Shown one piece after another: positions 37,279-50,589 of a stretch of 64,000 nucleotides of DNA (its first letter is position 1; every line of letters starts with the position of its first letter). The notes below the pieces were generated by a model. The model was not told the DNA's origin. It searched no databases and was given only the letters and a program-made list of their open reading frames with translations. This stretch comes from Schmidtea polychroa (Eukaryota): positions 237,214,001 to 237,278,000 of the forward strand of contig CM097885.1 in assembly GCA_044892525.1 (NCBI GenBank), read 5' to 3'. The translations under genes were made by a program, and so were the position numbers.

Positions 37279-37988
37279 ATGTCAGAACCAACTCTACCCA
37301 AGTCGAGCCTAAAACCGTGCTTTTCATGCGCAGACAAAAATGAGTTGATGAAGAATATGCAATCAGAGATTGGGAGCCTGAAAAGACGTATCGACTTCAT
37401 GGTGGTTCACCTCGGCCCAAATAAAAGAGGCCAACCGGAAAATTTTGAGGCTGGAACATTGTAGGGATAGCCTACTAGAAGAAAGTCAAAACCAGAGACT
37501 TACTATTAAGGAACAATCTGAGTGCGATTTACTCAACCGTATCACAGAAGGTTCAATCTCTGACGGGAACAACATCTTCCCAATCCACCACTTGCCAGAT
37601 GATTCCCAACCAGTTCAACAGAACCTCTTGTCTCAATCGCGGGGTATAATCTTCTCCTTCACCCACTCCAAAGTACCGGTACCCGTCGTCGCTCCACAGG
37701 TGCCTATCGTCGTACCGTCTACTTCTAACCCAGTCAATCGTCCAAAAAGAAAGAGACTCACGAGAGAAGAGCGATCTAAGCGCAAGAGAGATGTTTTCAG
37801 TTCCCCTTCCAACTATGATAAGACTAGTGCCGACTCAAGCGATAACGGAACCACCTCCATTTAGAGTCATACAAGCAACAGATACCCCGTGGGTAGCAGA
37901 CCCGCAACATGAAATCGACATCGATAGTCTGCAGCGAGAACCCGAAGGAAGTGAATTCTGGACAACTACCAAGAAATTGCCTCCGTGA
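37279..37988 (+). pseudogene. Unknown CxxC/coiled-coil/Arg-rich protein, copy 2 (frameshifted)
   Basis: KPCFSCADKN, LEHCRDSLL, RPKRKRLTREER and PPFRVI..W..IDIDSL align with 59233-59982. Confidence 0.75.
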
Positions 37989-38598
37989 TCAGTGATTCCC
38001 ACCGATATCGTCTCGATGCGTAATGTACGCCAATTGATCGGCGAAAATTTTCTATCTTGCGAAGTAATTTGATTCTCTGACAAATTAATGTGTATCTGAT
38101 CCAGTATGTACAATTGTATGTCATGACACTTAAAATAGATTGATGTTTTTCTTTACTTATCTTCGATGACGCAAAGTAATGGTTAAGCGGTTGTGTAGAT
38201 GTGTATGACAGAGGAAATCGGAAGGACCTCAATTGCACCAGAGGTCTCGAATAAATCGTATTGCAAGTAGGTATAAGAATGTAAGACCTTCTATCGGCCA
38301 TCCAGAACCCAAAATGACAATATCGTGAGAAGTAGTTCTAACAAAGGAGCTCACCTGCTCATGAATTTTCAGCCATCGTGTGCAGCACCAACATGGTCGT
38401 CGCCATGGGTACACAGATGGTCTAAAGACAACAATCATCACGGCGTCTAGGAAGGAGTCGGTTCATGAAACCAGAGCTACCCCTACTCCATCTTTAAATG
38501 TGACACACCTCTAGGCACCAACACAATTAATGAGTATTATTAGTAATTTAATATTACAATATTACAATATTTAATATTATAAGTATAAGTATTTAAAG

Positions 38599-38866
38599 CA
38601 GGGGTGGGGAACCTTTTTATTTCCATAGGCCACATTGAAATTTTTCGCCTTCAAATGAGGCCGCAGTCAAAAAGTATTTCGTTTATATTTCGTCCTTTGT
38701 ACTCGGCGGTATGCTTGTACAGTACGATATTTATACAATTCAGTAGTTACAAGCATTTTTATTTGTAAATCTTCAAAATTCATGGTTTTTTATGTAAATT
38801 AAAATTTATTTTAATAAGGCTCCGGAGGCCGCATGCAGCCTAAAGGCCGCAAGTTCCCCACCCCTG
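38599..38866. mobile_element. hAT MITE
   Basis: TIRs CAGGGGTGGGGAAC / GTTCCCCACCCCTG; TSD ATTTAAAG. Confidence 0.92.
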
Positions 38867-40004
38867 ATTTAAAGTAATTTAATATTACTATTTATAGAAA
38901 AGTATATTTATAGTAATTATATTTAATATAAATACGATTGGCTCTAATAGAAGACCAACAAACATTCACAGAAACAAAATTTGACTTAAAGCAATTAAAA
39001 ATTAAGAAAAAATTAATAAAAAAAATTATAATTCAATCGATTGTCCATGTCCGAGAAATAGCTGGATTTGCTATACCTGAGAAATTTAGATTTCTGTTGG
39101 AAATAATTTCAATTCAGCTAAATCAAAGAGTACGATTTATTTATATTTTATAAAACGAGAATTCACATCGCATAAATCAGAATACCAGTAATTGCTTTTA
39201 ATTACTGTTTTGTTCTTGATAAATCATCAGTGGAGATTTGATAAGAAAATGTATTTGCCAACTTCTGGAATATTACTATGGCGCTTAATTTGAGGTTTGA
39301 GCTTCAGTTCGGTCTATGTTTTACATTGTGACAATCACGTCATGTTAATGTAAATATTTTTCAAATGTTTCTCTATCATTTTGACACTAAACCTGTCTGC
39401 ACACTAGCTCAAATGTATCTAGGTCATGTAATACGTAATTTTGACATTCCTACGAGAGAATGAGTCAGCTAAACTATTCGATTAGTATTAGTAAAGGGCA
39501 TAACGCAAAAAGGGTGTAGATAGGTTAACAGAGTGAAAAGTGTGTAATTATACTTATCTATTATTATTATTTATCACTCAGTCTGGTTACTATTATTAAT
39601 TCAAATATAACTTGCTCTAATTCACAATTTTACACGAGTATGAGAGCCATGATCGAAAATATTTTTTACTTTTCAAACATTATTTACTTGGTCTTTGTGA
39701 CATTGCCTGTCGTTATATAAATGTTTATTAAAACTATTTTTTTAATTATTTAACAAATTATATTTCAAATAAATAACTACTTTGAAATATTTATTTATAT
39801 TTGAAATATAATTTGTTAAATAATTAAAAAAAGATATATATTAACTATCTAATATTAATATTTCACTACAATGACAATTACAGATTTAGTTTCAAATCAT
39901 AGTTCCGATTATGCAAATTTAATAGTAAAATAATTAAAAAATAAAACGCAAAATGCAAGAAAACGCAAAGTAAAATATAATGTTGTCTCCGTGGATTTCA
40001 AGTA

Positions 40005-40531
40005 CAGAAAATCGAAATATAGCAGAGATGTTAGATAAATTGGGTGGAACAAACTATTTCAGTTCGATAGATCTTGGAAATTCATATTATAAAGTAGAAC
40101 TAAAAAACGAATCAAAGTTAAAACGGCGTTTTCAACCAAATCAGGGCAATACTGTTTTAACAGAATGCCATTTGGAATAGCAGCGGCATCAGGTATGTTT
40201 CAAGAACTGATGGGAAAAGTATTAATGGGTACGAGATATGCTGCATATATCTAGATGATATTTTGATATTTACAGGAACGATATAAAACTACGAAGTTTT
40301 AAATGAAGTATTGGACAAAATTAGAAAGGCGGGTCTCTTAGGATAAACCCTGAAGTGCCATATTATTAAAGAGGAAGTCAAATTTTTAGGTCACAGGCGG
40401 GCCCATCAAAGTTAGACGCGATTAAATCATTTGAAAAGCCAAAATGTGTTAAAAATCTGAGAAGCTTCCTATGCAATTTCTACAGAAGATTTAAAATGGA
40501 TATGCAAAAAAAAGCAAGAGTTTTAGAAGAG
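40005..40531 (+). pseudogene. Gypsy RT fragment, continuing at 52575-52660 after the foldback insertion
   Basis: YFSSIDLGNSYY, RMPFG, YLDDIL; ARVLEE|LCGLNNKKLIWTDECNIAFEKMK rejoins across the TSD. Confidence 0.85.
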
Positions 40532-42007
40532 AGTAGTAGGATTGGGGCTCCCCAGATCAGGAGCTCCCCGCATCACATATACCCCCTCCCCCCCGGAAAA
40601 AAAAATTTTTAGAACGATGCCTAATATTTTTAGAACTATTACGTAATTTTTTTTTAAATTAAGTGATCTGGCGGGCTCACACTTTTTTTCATCCCAAAAG
40701 TTAATGTTCCCACCATCAGATTTTATTGACCGATACCTCATCTTAAAGCCCAGTGCAGGACCTTTAAGATGTGCTATAGGTATTTTATATATCTTTAATA
40801 GTTTTAATGTTATTAACATTTAATGACCACCATCTTTTCAAAGTTAAATTATTATTATTTGTCAAAATATTATTAATTGGCCCAGCGGGCTCACACTTTT
40901 TTCATCCCAAAGATTAATGTTCCCGCCAACATATTATATTGATCGATAGCTTATTTTAAAGCTCTGTGCAAGAACTTTCTAATGAGATATAGATTTTTAT
41001 CATACGATGACTCATCACATTTTTAGAACAAAGACAATGACTCATCATATTTTTAGAACGATGCCACATGTTTTTAGAACTATTACGTAATCGATGCCTA
41101 ATATTTTTAGAACGATGCCTAATATTTTTAGATTGATTACGTCATATTTTTAGGACGATGTCTAATATTTTTAGAACTATTACGTAATCGATGCCTAATA
41201 TTTTTAGAACGATGCCTAATATTTTTAGAATGATGCATAATATTTTTAGATTGGTGCCTAATATTTTTAGAATGATTACGTCATAATTTTAGAACGATGC
41301 CTAATATTTTTAGAACGATGTCTAATATTTTAGAATGATGCCTAATATTTTTAGAACGATTACGTCATAATTTTAGAACGATGCCTAATATTTTTAGAAT
41401 GATGCATAATATTTTTAGAATGGTGCCTCTCAATTTTAGAATGATTACGTCATATTTTTAGAACGATGCCTCATACTTTTAGAACGATGCCTAATATTTT
41501 TAGAATGATTACGTCATATTTTTAGAACGATGCCTCTTATTTTTAGAACTAATAATTTTGTTTTAATTATCGATTACATAATAATTTAATTTTGTTTAAA
41601 TCGTTGATTATATGATTTTGTTTAAAACATTGATTATATAATTTTTTGTTTTAATTATCGAATACGTAATAATATAATTTTGTTTATATCGTTGATTACA
41701 TATTATTATTTTTTAATTTTCAATATTTTCTTTTAAAATATTAACGCGAGCAGGGAATATTATTATCATATATAATTTATCCGACAAAATATTCTGTCCC
41801 CCTATGGTTACTGCATACATGGGTACTGCTCACACTCAACAAGTCACATGGGTAATGTTCACAAAGTTACTACTAAAAATATTCAAGACAAAACTTTAAC
41901 AAAGAAATTCTAAATATTATACTTTAAATATACACTCAAACTAAAATTTATTAACACATTCACATTCATCATCTCCACAGTTCATAACATTTTCAAATAC
42001 AATTTCA

Positions 42008-42073
<66 letters not shown>

Positions 42074-42128
42074 CATTAATGAAAAAACATAAAACTTTTT
42101 ACACACACACACACACAACCCATTAAAC

Positions 42129-42179
<51 letters not shown>

Positions 42180-45100
42180 ATTATTATTTTTATTATTATT
42201 ACAAATATTAGTCAAAAATATAAAATATTTTTACACACACACACACAACCCATTAACAATTATTATTATCAATATTATTATTATTGCAAATATTAGTGAA
42301 AAACTTAAAATAATTTTTACACACTAAGTTATGGGGTAGAGAATTATTATATGTTTGCAGTATTCTGTGTTTGCCTTCACAGGAAGTTGACAATAAGGAG
42401 CGATAATTTTACATACATTCTATATACACATACCTTGTTTAACATGGGTGTATATACTCCTAGCCTATCCGACAAGATATTCTGTCCCCCTATGGGTAAT
42501 GGTCACAAAGGTACTACTCACACTCAACATGTCGCAAGGGTTTTCGAGTTTAAAGCATATTATGGTTTTTTAAGGTTAGTAAATAAAACTTATCACACAC
42601 ACTTTAATATTTAAACTATAAAAATCAAGACAAGAGAGGACAAGGCAAAGTTTATGCAATTATTATTGCCAGGCTTAATGAGCAGTGACCAAATATCTGT
42701 GCCTGAAAGACACGGTGGATATTTGTTCGCGTCCACAAGGGTCGTCTGTGCCTCCCCCAAGTGGGGTCAGAAGAACCTGGGCATTATAGTTTTCCGTACG
42801 GAACATTACGCCTAGCATGGGTAGTCAACTACCAGCACATTCGAAACGTATAATTTCAAAATACATGCGTCATTGGCACTATAACCAAATTAATTAATGT
42901 TTTCACTAACACAAATATATATTTACAGAGGCCTCCCACTAGTTGGATTACAACCGCCCACCACGACGATCAGCTTGTAAATATATATTAATTAAAGGAT
43001 AAAGAGGACCCACCCAACCCTATTATATTTAATTTACAAATTTTTCTCGCTCTTCTGCTGGTAATCTATCTCAAAATTATCATCTCCATCGGGCCATTTG
43101 GAATACATCTTGCAAATTGGACGTATTTCTTAGTTTCTGATGCGGCGTCAACTATCATTGCTAAAATTTATATTGATTTAAAAGCAATTAACTTACAGAT
43201 GTTATCGTCACAAATTAAATTCTGTCTGACTATTAGGCAACTGTTATTTGTGGTATACTCTTTCAATGTCATTTCTTATCAATTCCCACCATAAAACACA
43301 GATACCTAAATATAATATATATATTTTAAAGAATTAATTCATGTCTTACATTAATAATAATATTCTTCAGGTATGACGAGTACTTTACTTAATTGCTAAA
43401 ACATCGGTTTTTCCCATTTTTCTTGACATTCGTTGATAGAAAGTTTACATAATTTAAGTAAACATTCATGTTGAAGGACACCCACAATCAGCTAATTCAT
43501 TTAAAAAATCCGGAACTATAACTCCTTTAGTGTTTCACCATTTTGTCTGGTTCATCTTCCAAATAATCCAATAATTCATATTTTAATAAGAAATCTCTAA
43601 ATCCAGAACATAAGTCTTTTAGTGTTTCACCATTTAGTCTGGTTCATCTTCTTCATAATTATATAATTCATTTTCTTCATTACTAAGGAAAACAATTAAA
43701 ATATTGTAGTAAATTCTTTATTTACTTACTTATGGATACTAAAACGAAAGAAATAAAGTTATATCAAAAGTATATTTAAATAATTTAAATTTAAATAATT
43801 TAAATTTAGTTATTTAAAAATATTTAAACAATTTAGTTATTTAAGCATATTTAAACATTAACATTACTATATAGTATAATTTTATGTATTCTAAATTTAT
43901 TAATAAATATAGTATAATTTTATATAATATTATGTACACTTATATATCCTTCATTTAATTTTTTAAATTCAAATATTTATAATGAAGATTCTTTTGAATT
44001 AAAAATATTCTGTTAGTATTTCCAGGCAGAAAACAACGAATTCAATAATTAAAATCTTAATTTTCATGTTATATATTTAGAGTTGTGGCCAGAAGTTAAT
44101 CGCCATCTAATCGTTTGTTCTCAATTTCGTTCATTTTTGTTCAAAACATTCAGGTGAGTTGTTATCTGGAAAGTTTCTTTTAGCTCAGGTTTGTTAAAAC
44201 ACTCACAGTATTCTTGAAAGATGTGACACTGGAATTAAATTAACAATGGGTGGTCATCCATACATGTTATTGGTTTGAACTGTCGATTTATTTGGAAATA
44301 GATATATTAAAAACATTTAAGGTATCATTCAGTAAAATAATATAGTATTTTTGAGTATGTTTTAGTTAATTTATAAATAACAGTATCTTGATATATCAAT
44401 AAAGACCATATACTCCGAGTTTATCCGACAAAATATTCTGTCCCCCTATGGGTATTGTTAGCAAGGGTACTGGTCACATTCAACATGTCGCAAGGGTATA
44501 TTAATCAGTTAGAAATTCTTAGGTAATTTAGTAAGATGATCAGAAATTCGTGAATATTTTAAATGTAACTTTACACTTATGTCGAGCGACTAATTTATTG
44601 GTTAACTTTGTAGTCATTTAAAGCAAAAATTAATTTATTCATCTAATGTTCGTTACAATAGTTAATAATATGAGAAAAACATGGTCATTATTCATTGATA
44701 ATTTTAAATTCTTTATCATTTGGAGTAAATTTGTTTGAGGCAAAAATAATTAAAGGAGTCATAATAGAAATATGGTTATCATTTATCCAATTAAGGGGCT
44801 TATTAGTTAGAAATATATATTATAAAGTAACAATTATTTTCTAATTTAATTAGATGATCATTAGACGTAATATATCTTTGCGAAAAAGTTAAGATGTTTG
44901 AGTAACCAAAACATGGATATTTTGTGCGATAAATTTATGAATATTGGTTAATTTTGTTATTTTTAGTCATTTAAAATAATATTTAGCAAAGGTAATTTAG
45001 CAAAATATCATTTATCCACCCGATAACAATATTCCTTCAATAGATTAACTGATATTCAACCTATTTAATTTCTAATTAAAATCATAAATTTCCTTCAATA

Positions 45101-48100
45101 AAGTTAAATTTTCTATAGTTGTCGATTTCCAACTTTTAAGTCAATATTTCTCAAGTTTTGTCACCGATATCCCCACAATGAATATCCGTCTATAACATGC
45201 TAAATAAAGGTAAATAATTTAAAGCAATAACCTTTGATATCATTCTCAATTAATTCTAAAGATTTCAGATATTTCATTGTCAAAACCAAGTAAATAAACA
45301 CCTAATTGATCATTAACCCTAAACGACTTAATAAAACCGTGGATAATTAATAGATAATTAATAAAAACTTGTTCTAAAACATAAATCTAAATTACTGTGC
45401 AATAACATTCATCACGACCTAATAAACCTCTAAAACGATATAAGTTCACTGGAATTATTATTAATTCATAGCTAAATACTGACTATTTCCTTTGAAAATT
45501 TGATATTTTACCAATAAGAACATTGTCGATTTAAATAGAGATTTCAAAACATGTCCACCTTAACCGATCCCTCACCAAATATTTCTAGCATTTTAAAAAC
45601 TCCCTTAAAAATCATATATTACCATCTTAACCGAACCTTCACTAAATCCAACCGACTTTAATATATCAATTCTCTTAAAATCCATGGGAAATCCTTCAAA
45701 ATATGAATTTTATTTAATTGTTAAAAACATTCTTCCATTGAAATAATTTAGTAGCTAAATTCAAAGAGTCCACTAAAAGATCAAAATAAATATTTAACCA
45801 CTTGTATCATCAAATACCTAACTAGAGATGATAATATCTCATTGATTGATCATAATTCTTCATCGATTCAACTAATTATAGCCATTACAACATGATATAT
45901 CTTTCAAACTAAATTTCAGTATATTTTACAATAATTTTCAAGTAGATTTCAAATATATCATCATCATGAAAAAATTAGCTGGTTTCAACTTTAGATTTTC
46001 AATATTTTAAAGTTCATCAATGTGTAAATATTCTTAGAAAAATATATGAAAATTTATTTAGTCAAATTATCATTACAAAGTCATCATCAAAATTAATTTT
46101 TATTTAAAATTTAAAAACAAGTCAATAAAATATAGCAAATTATCAAGAAATTAATTAAATTTATCTTAGAATTAACACTAAACCTTAAATATTCTTTCAA
46201 TTAACATGAAATTCACAAAAAATGTTAGTAAAATTCCGCTAACTTTAAAAAATTACCAATGAATTTAATGCCAAATAATAACCAAATATTTGCCTAAATA
46301 AAATCATTAAAACACAACAGTACCTTTACGACCAGTACCTTTACGAGCAGTACCAATTGTGAACAGTACCCATAGAGGGAGAAAATATCTTGTCGGATAA
46401 ACTCAGAGTATATATAATAAAACGAATTAACAATAACTCCATCAAATTGAATCAGTCAAATTAACACAAATTTTAATAAAAAATCTTATTCTAAAATGGT
46501 AAGCACCATAAAATCGAAAGATAATTTTGATAACACAGAGATAAAATTAACAATATTATTCTCAGGTGGTAAGAATATTTTATTTTTGAGTCTGTTATCC
46601 CTCTATTATCATTGATTACTTGGTGTTTTCATATATTTATGTAAAGTGAATGCTGGATATATGTTCTGACACACTTTGTTTCCTTCTTAACTTTGAGAGA
46701 TCATTTTGAGTGAAAAGAGTAATGTATCTTAAATTATCTATTAGAATATTTGCTTTTGAAATATTTAGCTACTAAATTATTTCAATGGAAGAATGTTTTT
46801 AACAATTAAATAAAATTCATATTTTGAAGGATTTCCCATGGATTTTAAGAGAATTGATATATTAAAGTCGGTTGGATTTAGTGAAGGTTCGGTTAAGATG
46901 GTAATATATGATTTTTAAGGGGGTTTTTAAAATGCTAGAAATATTTGGTGAGGGATCGGTTAAGGTGGACATGTTTTGAAATCTCTATTTAAATCGACAA
47001 TGTTCTTATTGGTAAAATATCAAATTTTCAAAGGAAATAGTCAGTATTTAGCTATGAATTAATAATAATTCCAGTGAACTTATATCGTTTTAGAGGTTTA
47101 TTAGGTCGTGATGAATGTTATTGCACAGTAATTTAGATTTATGTTTTAGAACAAGTTTTTATTAATTATCTATTAATTATCCACGGTTTTATTAAGTCGT
47201 TTAGGGTTAATGATCAATTAGGTGTTTATTTACTTGGTTTTGACAATGAAATATCTGAAATCTTTAGAATTAATTGAGAATGATATCAAAGGTTATTGCT
47301 TTAAATTATTTACCTTTATTTAGCATGTTATAGACGGATATTCATTGTGGGGATATCGGTGACAAAACTTGAGAAATATTGACTTAAAAGTTGGAAATCG
47401 ACAACTATAGAAAATTTAACTTTATTGAAGGAAATTTATGATTTTAATTAGAAATTAAATAGGTTGAATATCAGTTAATCTATTGAAGGAATATTGTTAT
47501 CGGGTGGATAAATGATATTTTGCTAAATTACCTTTGCTAAATATTATTTTAAATGACTAAAAATAACAAAATTAACCAATATTCATAAATTTATCGCACA
47601 AAATATCCATGTTTTGGTTACTCAAACATCTTAACTTTTTCGCAAAGATATATTACGTCTAATGATCATCTAATTAAATTAGAAAATAATTGTTACTTTA
47701 TAATATATATTTCTAACTAATAAGCCCCTTAATTGGATAAATGATAACCATATTTCTATTATGACTCCTTTAATTATTTTTGCCTCAAACAAATTTACTC
47801 CAAATGATAAAGAATTTAAAATTATCAATGAATAATGACCATGTTTTTCTCATATTATTAACTATTGTAACGAACATTAGATGAATAAATTAATTTTTGC
47901 TTTAAATGACTACAAAGTTAACCAATAAATTAGTCGCTCGACATAAGTGTAAAGTTAAATTTAAAATATTCACGAATTTCTGATCATCTTACTAAATTAC
48001 CTAAGAATTTCTAACTGATTAATATACCCTTGCGACATGTTGAATGTGACCAGTACCCTTGCTAACAATACCCATAGGGGGACAGAATATTTTGTCGGAT

Positions 48101-50236
48101 AAACTCGGAGTATATGGTCTTTATTGATATATCAAAATACTGTTATTTATAAATTAACTAAAACATACTCAAAAATACTATATTATTTTACTGAATGATA
48201 CCTTAAATGTTTTTAATATATCTATTTCCAAATAAATCGACAGTTCAAACCAATAACATGTATGGATGACCACCCATTGTTAATTTAATTCCAGTGTCAC
48301 ATCTTTCAAGAATACTGTGAGTGTTTTAACAAACCTGAGCTAAAAGAAACTTTCCAGATAACAACTCACCTGAATGTTTTGAACAAAAATGAACGAAATT
48401 GAGAACAAACGATTAGATGGCGATTAACTTCTGGCCACAACTCTAAATATATAACATGAAAATTAAGATTTTAATTATTGAATTCGTTGTTTTCTGCCTG
48501 GAAATACTAACAGAATATTTTTAATTCAAAAGAATCTTCATTATAAATATTTGAATTTAAAAAATTAAATGAAGGATATATAAGTGTACATAATATTATA
48601 TAAAATTATACTATATTTATTAATAAATTTAGAATACATAAAATTATACTATATAATAATGTTAATGTTTAAATATGCTTAAATAACTAAATTGTTTAAA
48701 TATTTTTAAATAACTAAATTTAAATTATTTAAATTTAAATTATTTAAATATACTTTTGATATAACTTTATTTCTTTCGTTTTAGTATCCATAAGTAAGTA
48801 AATAAAGAATTTACTACAATATTTTAATTGTTTTCCTTAGTAATGAAGAAAATGAATTATATAATTATGAAGAAGATGAACCAGACTAAATGGTGAAACA
48901 CTAAAAGACTTATGTTCTGGATTTAGAGATTTCTTATTAAAACATGAATTATTGGATTATTTGGAAGATGAACCAGACAAAATGGTGAAACACTAAAGGA
49001 GTTATAGTTCCGGATTTTTTAAATGAATTAGCTGATTGTGGGTGTCCTTCAACATGAATGTTTACTTAAATTATGTAAACTTTCTATCAACGAATGTCAA
49101 GAAAAATGGGAAAAACCGATGTTTTAGCAATTAAGTAAAGTACTCGTCATACCTGAAGAATATTATTATTAATGTAAGACATGACTTAATTCTTTAAAAT
49201 ATATATATTATATTTAGGTATCTGTGTTTTATGGTGGGAATTGATAAGAAATGACATTGAAAGAGTATACCACAAATAACAGTTGCCTAATAGTCAGACA
49301 GAATTTAATTTGTGACGATAACATCTGTAAGTTAATTGCTTTTAAATCAATATAAATTTTAGCAATGATAGTTGACGCCGCATCAGAAACTAAGAAATAC
49401 GTCCAATTTGCAAGATGTATTCCAAATGGCCCGATGGAGATGATAATTTTGAGATAGATTACCAGCAGAAGAGCGAGAAAAATTTGTAAATTAAATATAA
49501 TAGGGTTGGTCTTTATCCTTTAATTAATATATATTTACAAGCTGATCGTCGTGGTGGGCGGTTGTAATCCAACTAGTGGGAGGCCTCTGTAAATATATAT
49601 TTGTGTTAGTGAAAACATTAATTAATTTGGTTATAGTGCCAATGACGCATGTATTTTGAAATTATACGTTTCGAATGTGCTGGTAATTGACTACCCATGC
49701 TAGGCGTAATGTTCCGTACGGAAAACTATAATGCCCAGGTTCTTCTGACCCCACTTGGGGGAGGCACAGACGACCCTTGTGGACGCGAACAAATATCCAC
49801 CGTGTCTTTCAGGCACAGATATTTGGTCACTGCTCATTAGGCCTGGCAATACTAAATGCATAAACTTTGCCTTGTCCTCTCTTGTCTTGATTTTTATCGT
49901 TTAAATATTAAAGTGTGTGTGATTAGTTTTATTTACTAACCTTAATAAACCATAATATGCTTTAAAATCGAAAACCCTTGCGACATGTTGAGTGTGAGTA
50001 GTACCCATATGAGCAATACCCATAGGGGGACAGAATATATTGTCGGATAGACGAGGAGTATATACACCCATGTTAAACAAGGTATGTGTATATAGAATGT
50101 ATGTATAAAATTATCGCTCCTTATTGACAACTTCCTGTATAGGCAAACACAGAATACTGTAAACATAATAATACTCTACCCCATAACTTAGTATGTAAAA
50201 ATTATTTAAGGTTTTTTCACTAATAATAATAATAAT

Positions 50237-50269
<33 letters not shown>

Positions 50270-50499
50270 GTTTAATGGGTTGTATATGTGTGTAAAAAAT
50301 ATTTGAGGTTTTCACTAATATTGATAATAATAATGATTTATGAGTGTTTTTATGTTTTTGACTAATATTTGCAATAATAATAATTGTTAATGGGTTGTGT
50401 GTGTGTGTGTGTGTAGAAAATATTTTAGGTTTTCACTAATATTGATACAAATAATTGTTAATGGGTCGTGTGTGTGTAAACCATATTTTAGATTTTTTG

Positions 50500-50589
<90 letters not shown>

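Noticed and set aside
39737..39832. AT-rich ~34-bp-stem palindrome
   Set aside because: Real, but low complexity and single copy with no TSD or function evident.
40523..40819. ORFs in the foldback termini (also 52166-52718, 42351-42614, 49942-50166)
   Set aside because: Short, overlapping TIR and minisatellite sequence, with no recognisable motifs.
41030..41560. CRISPR-like look of the repeated TTTTTAGAAC units
   Set aside because: The intervening sequences are themselves repeat variants, there are no unique spacers or cas genes, and the context is eukaryotic.
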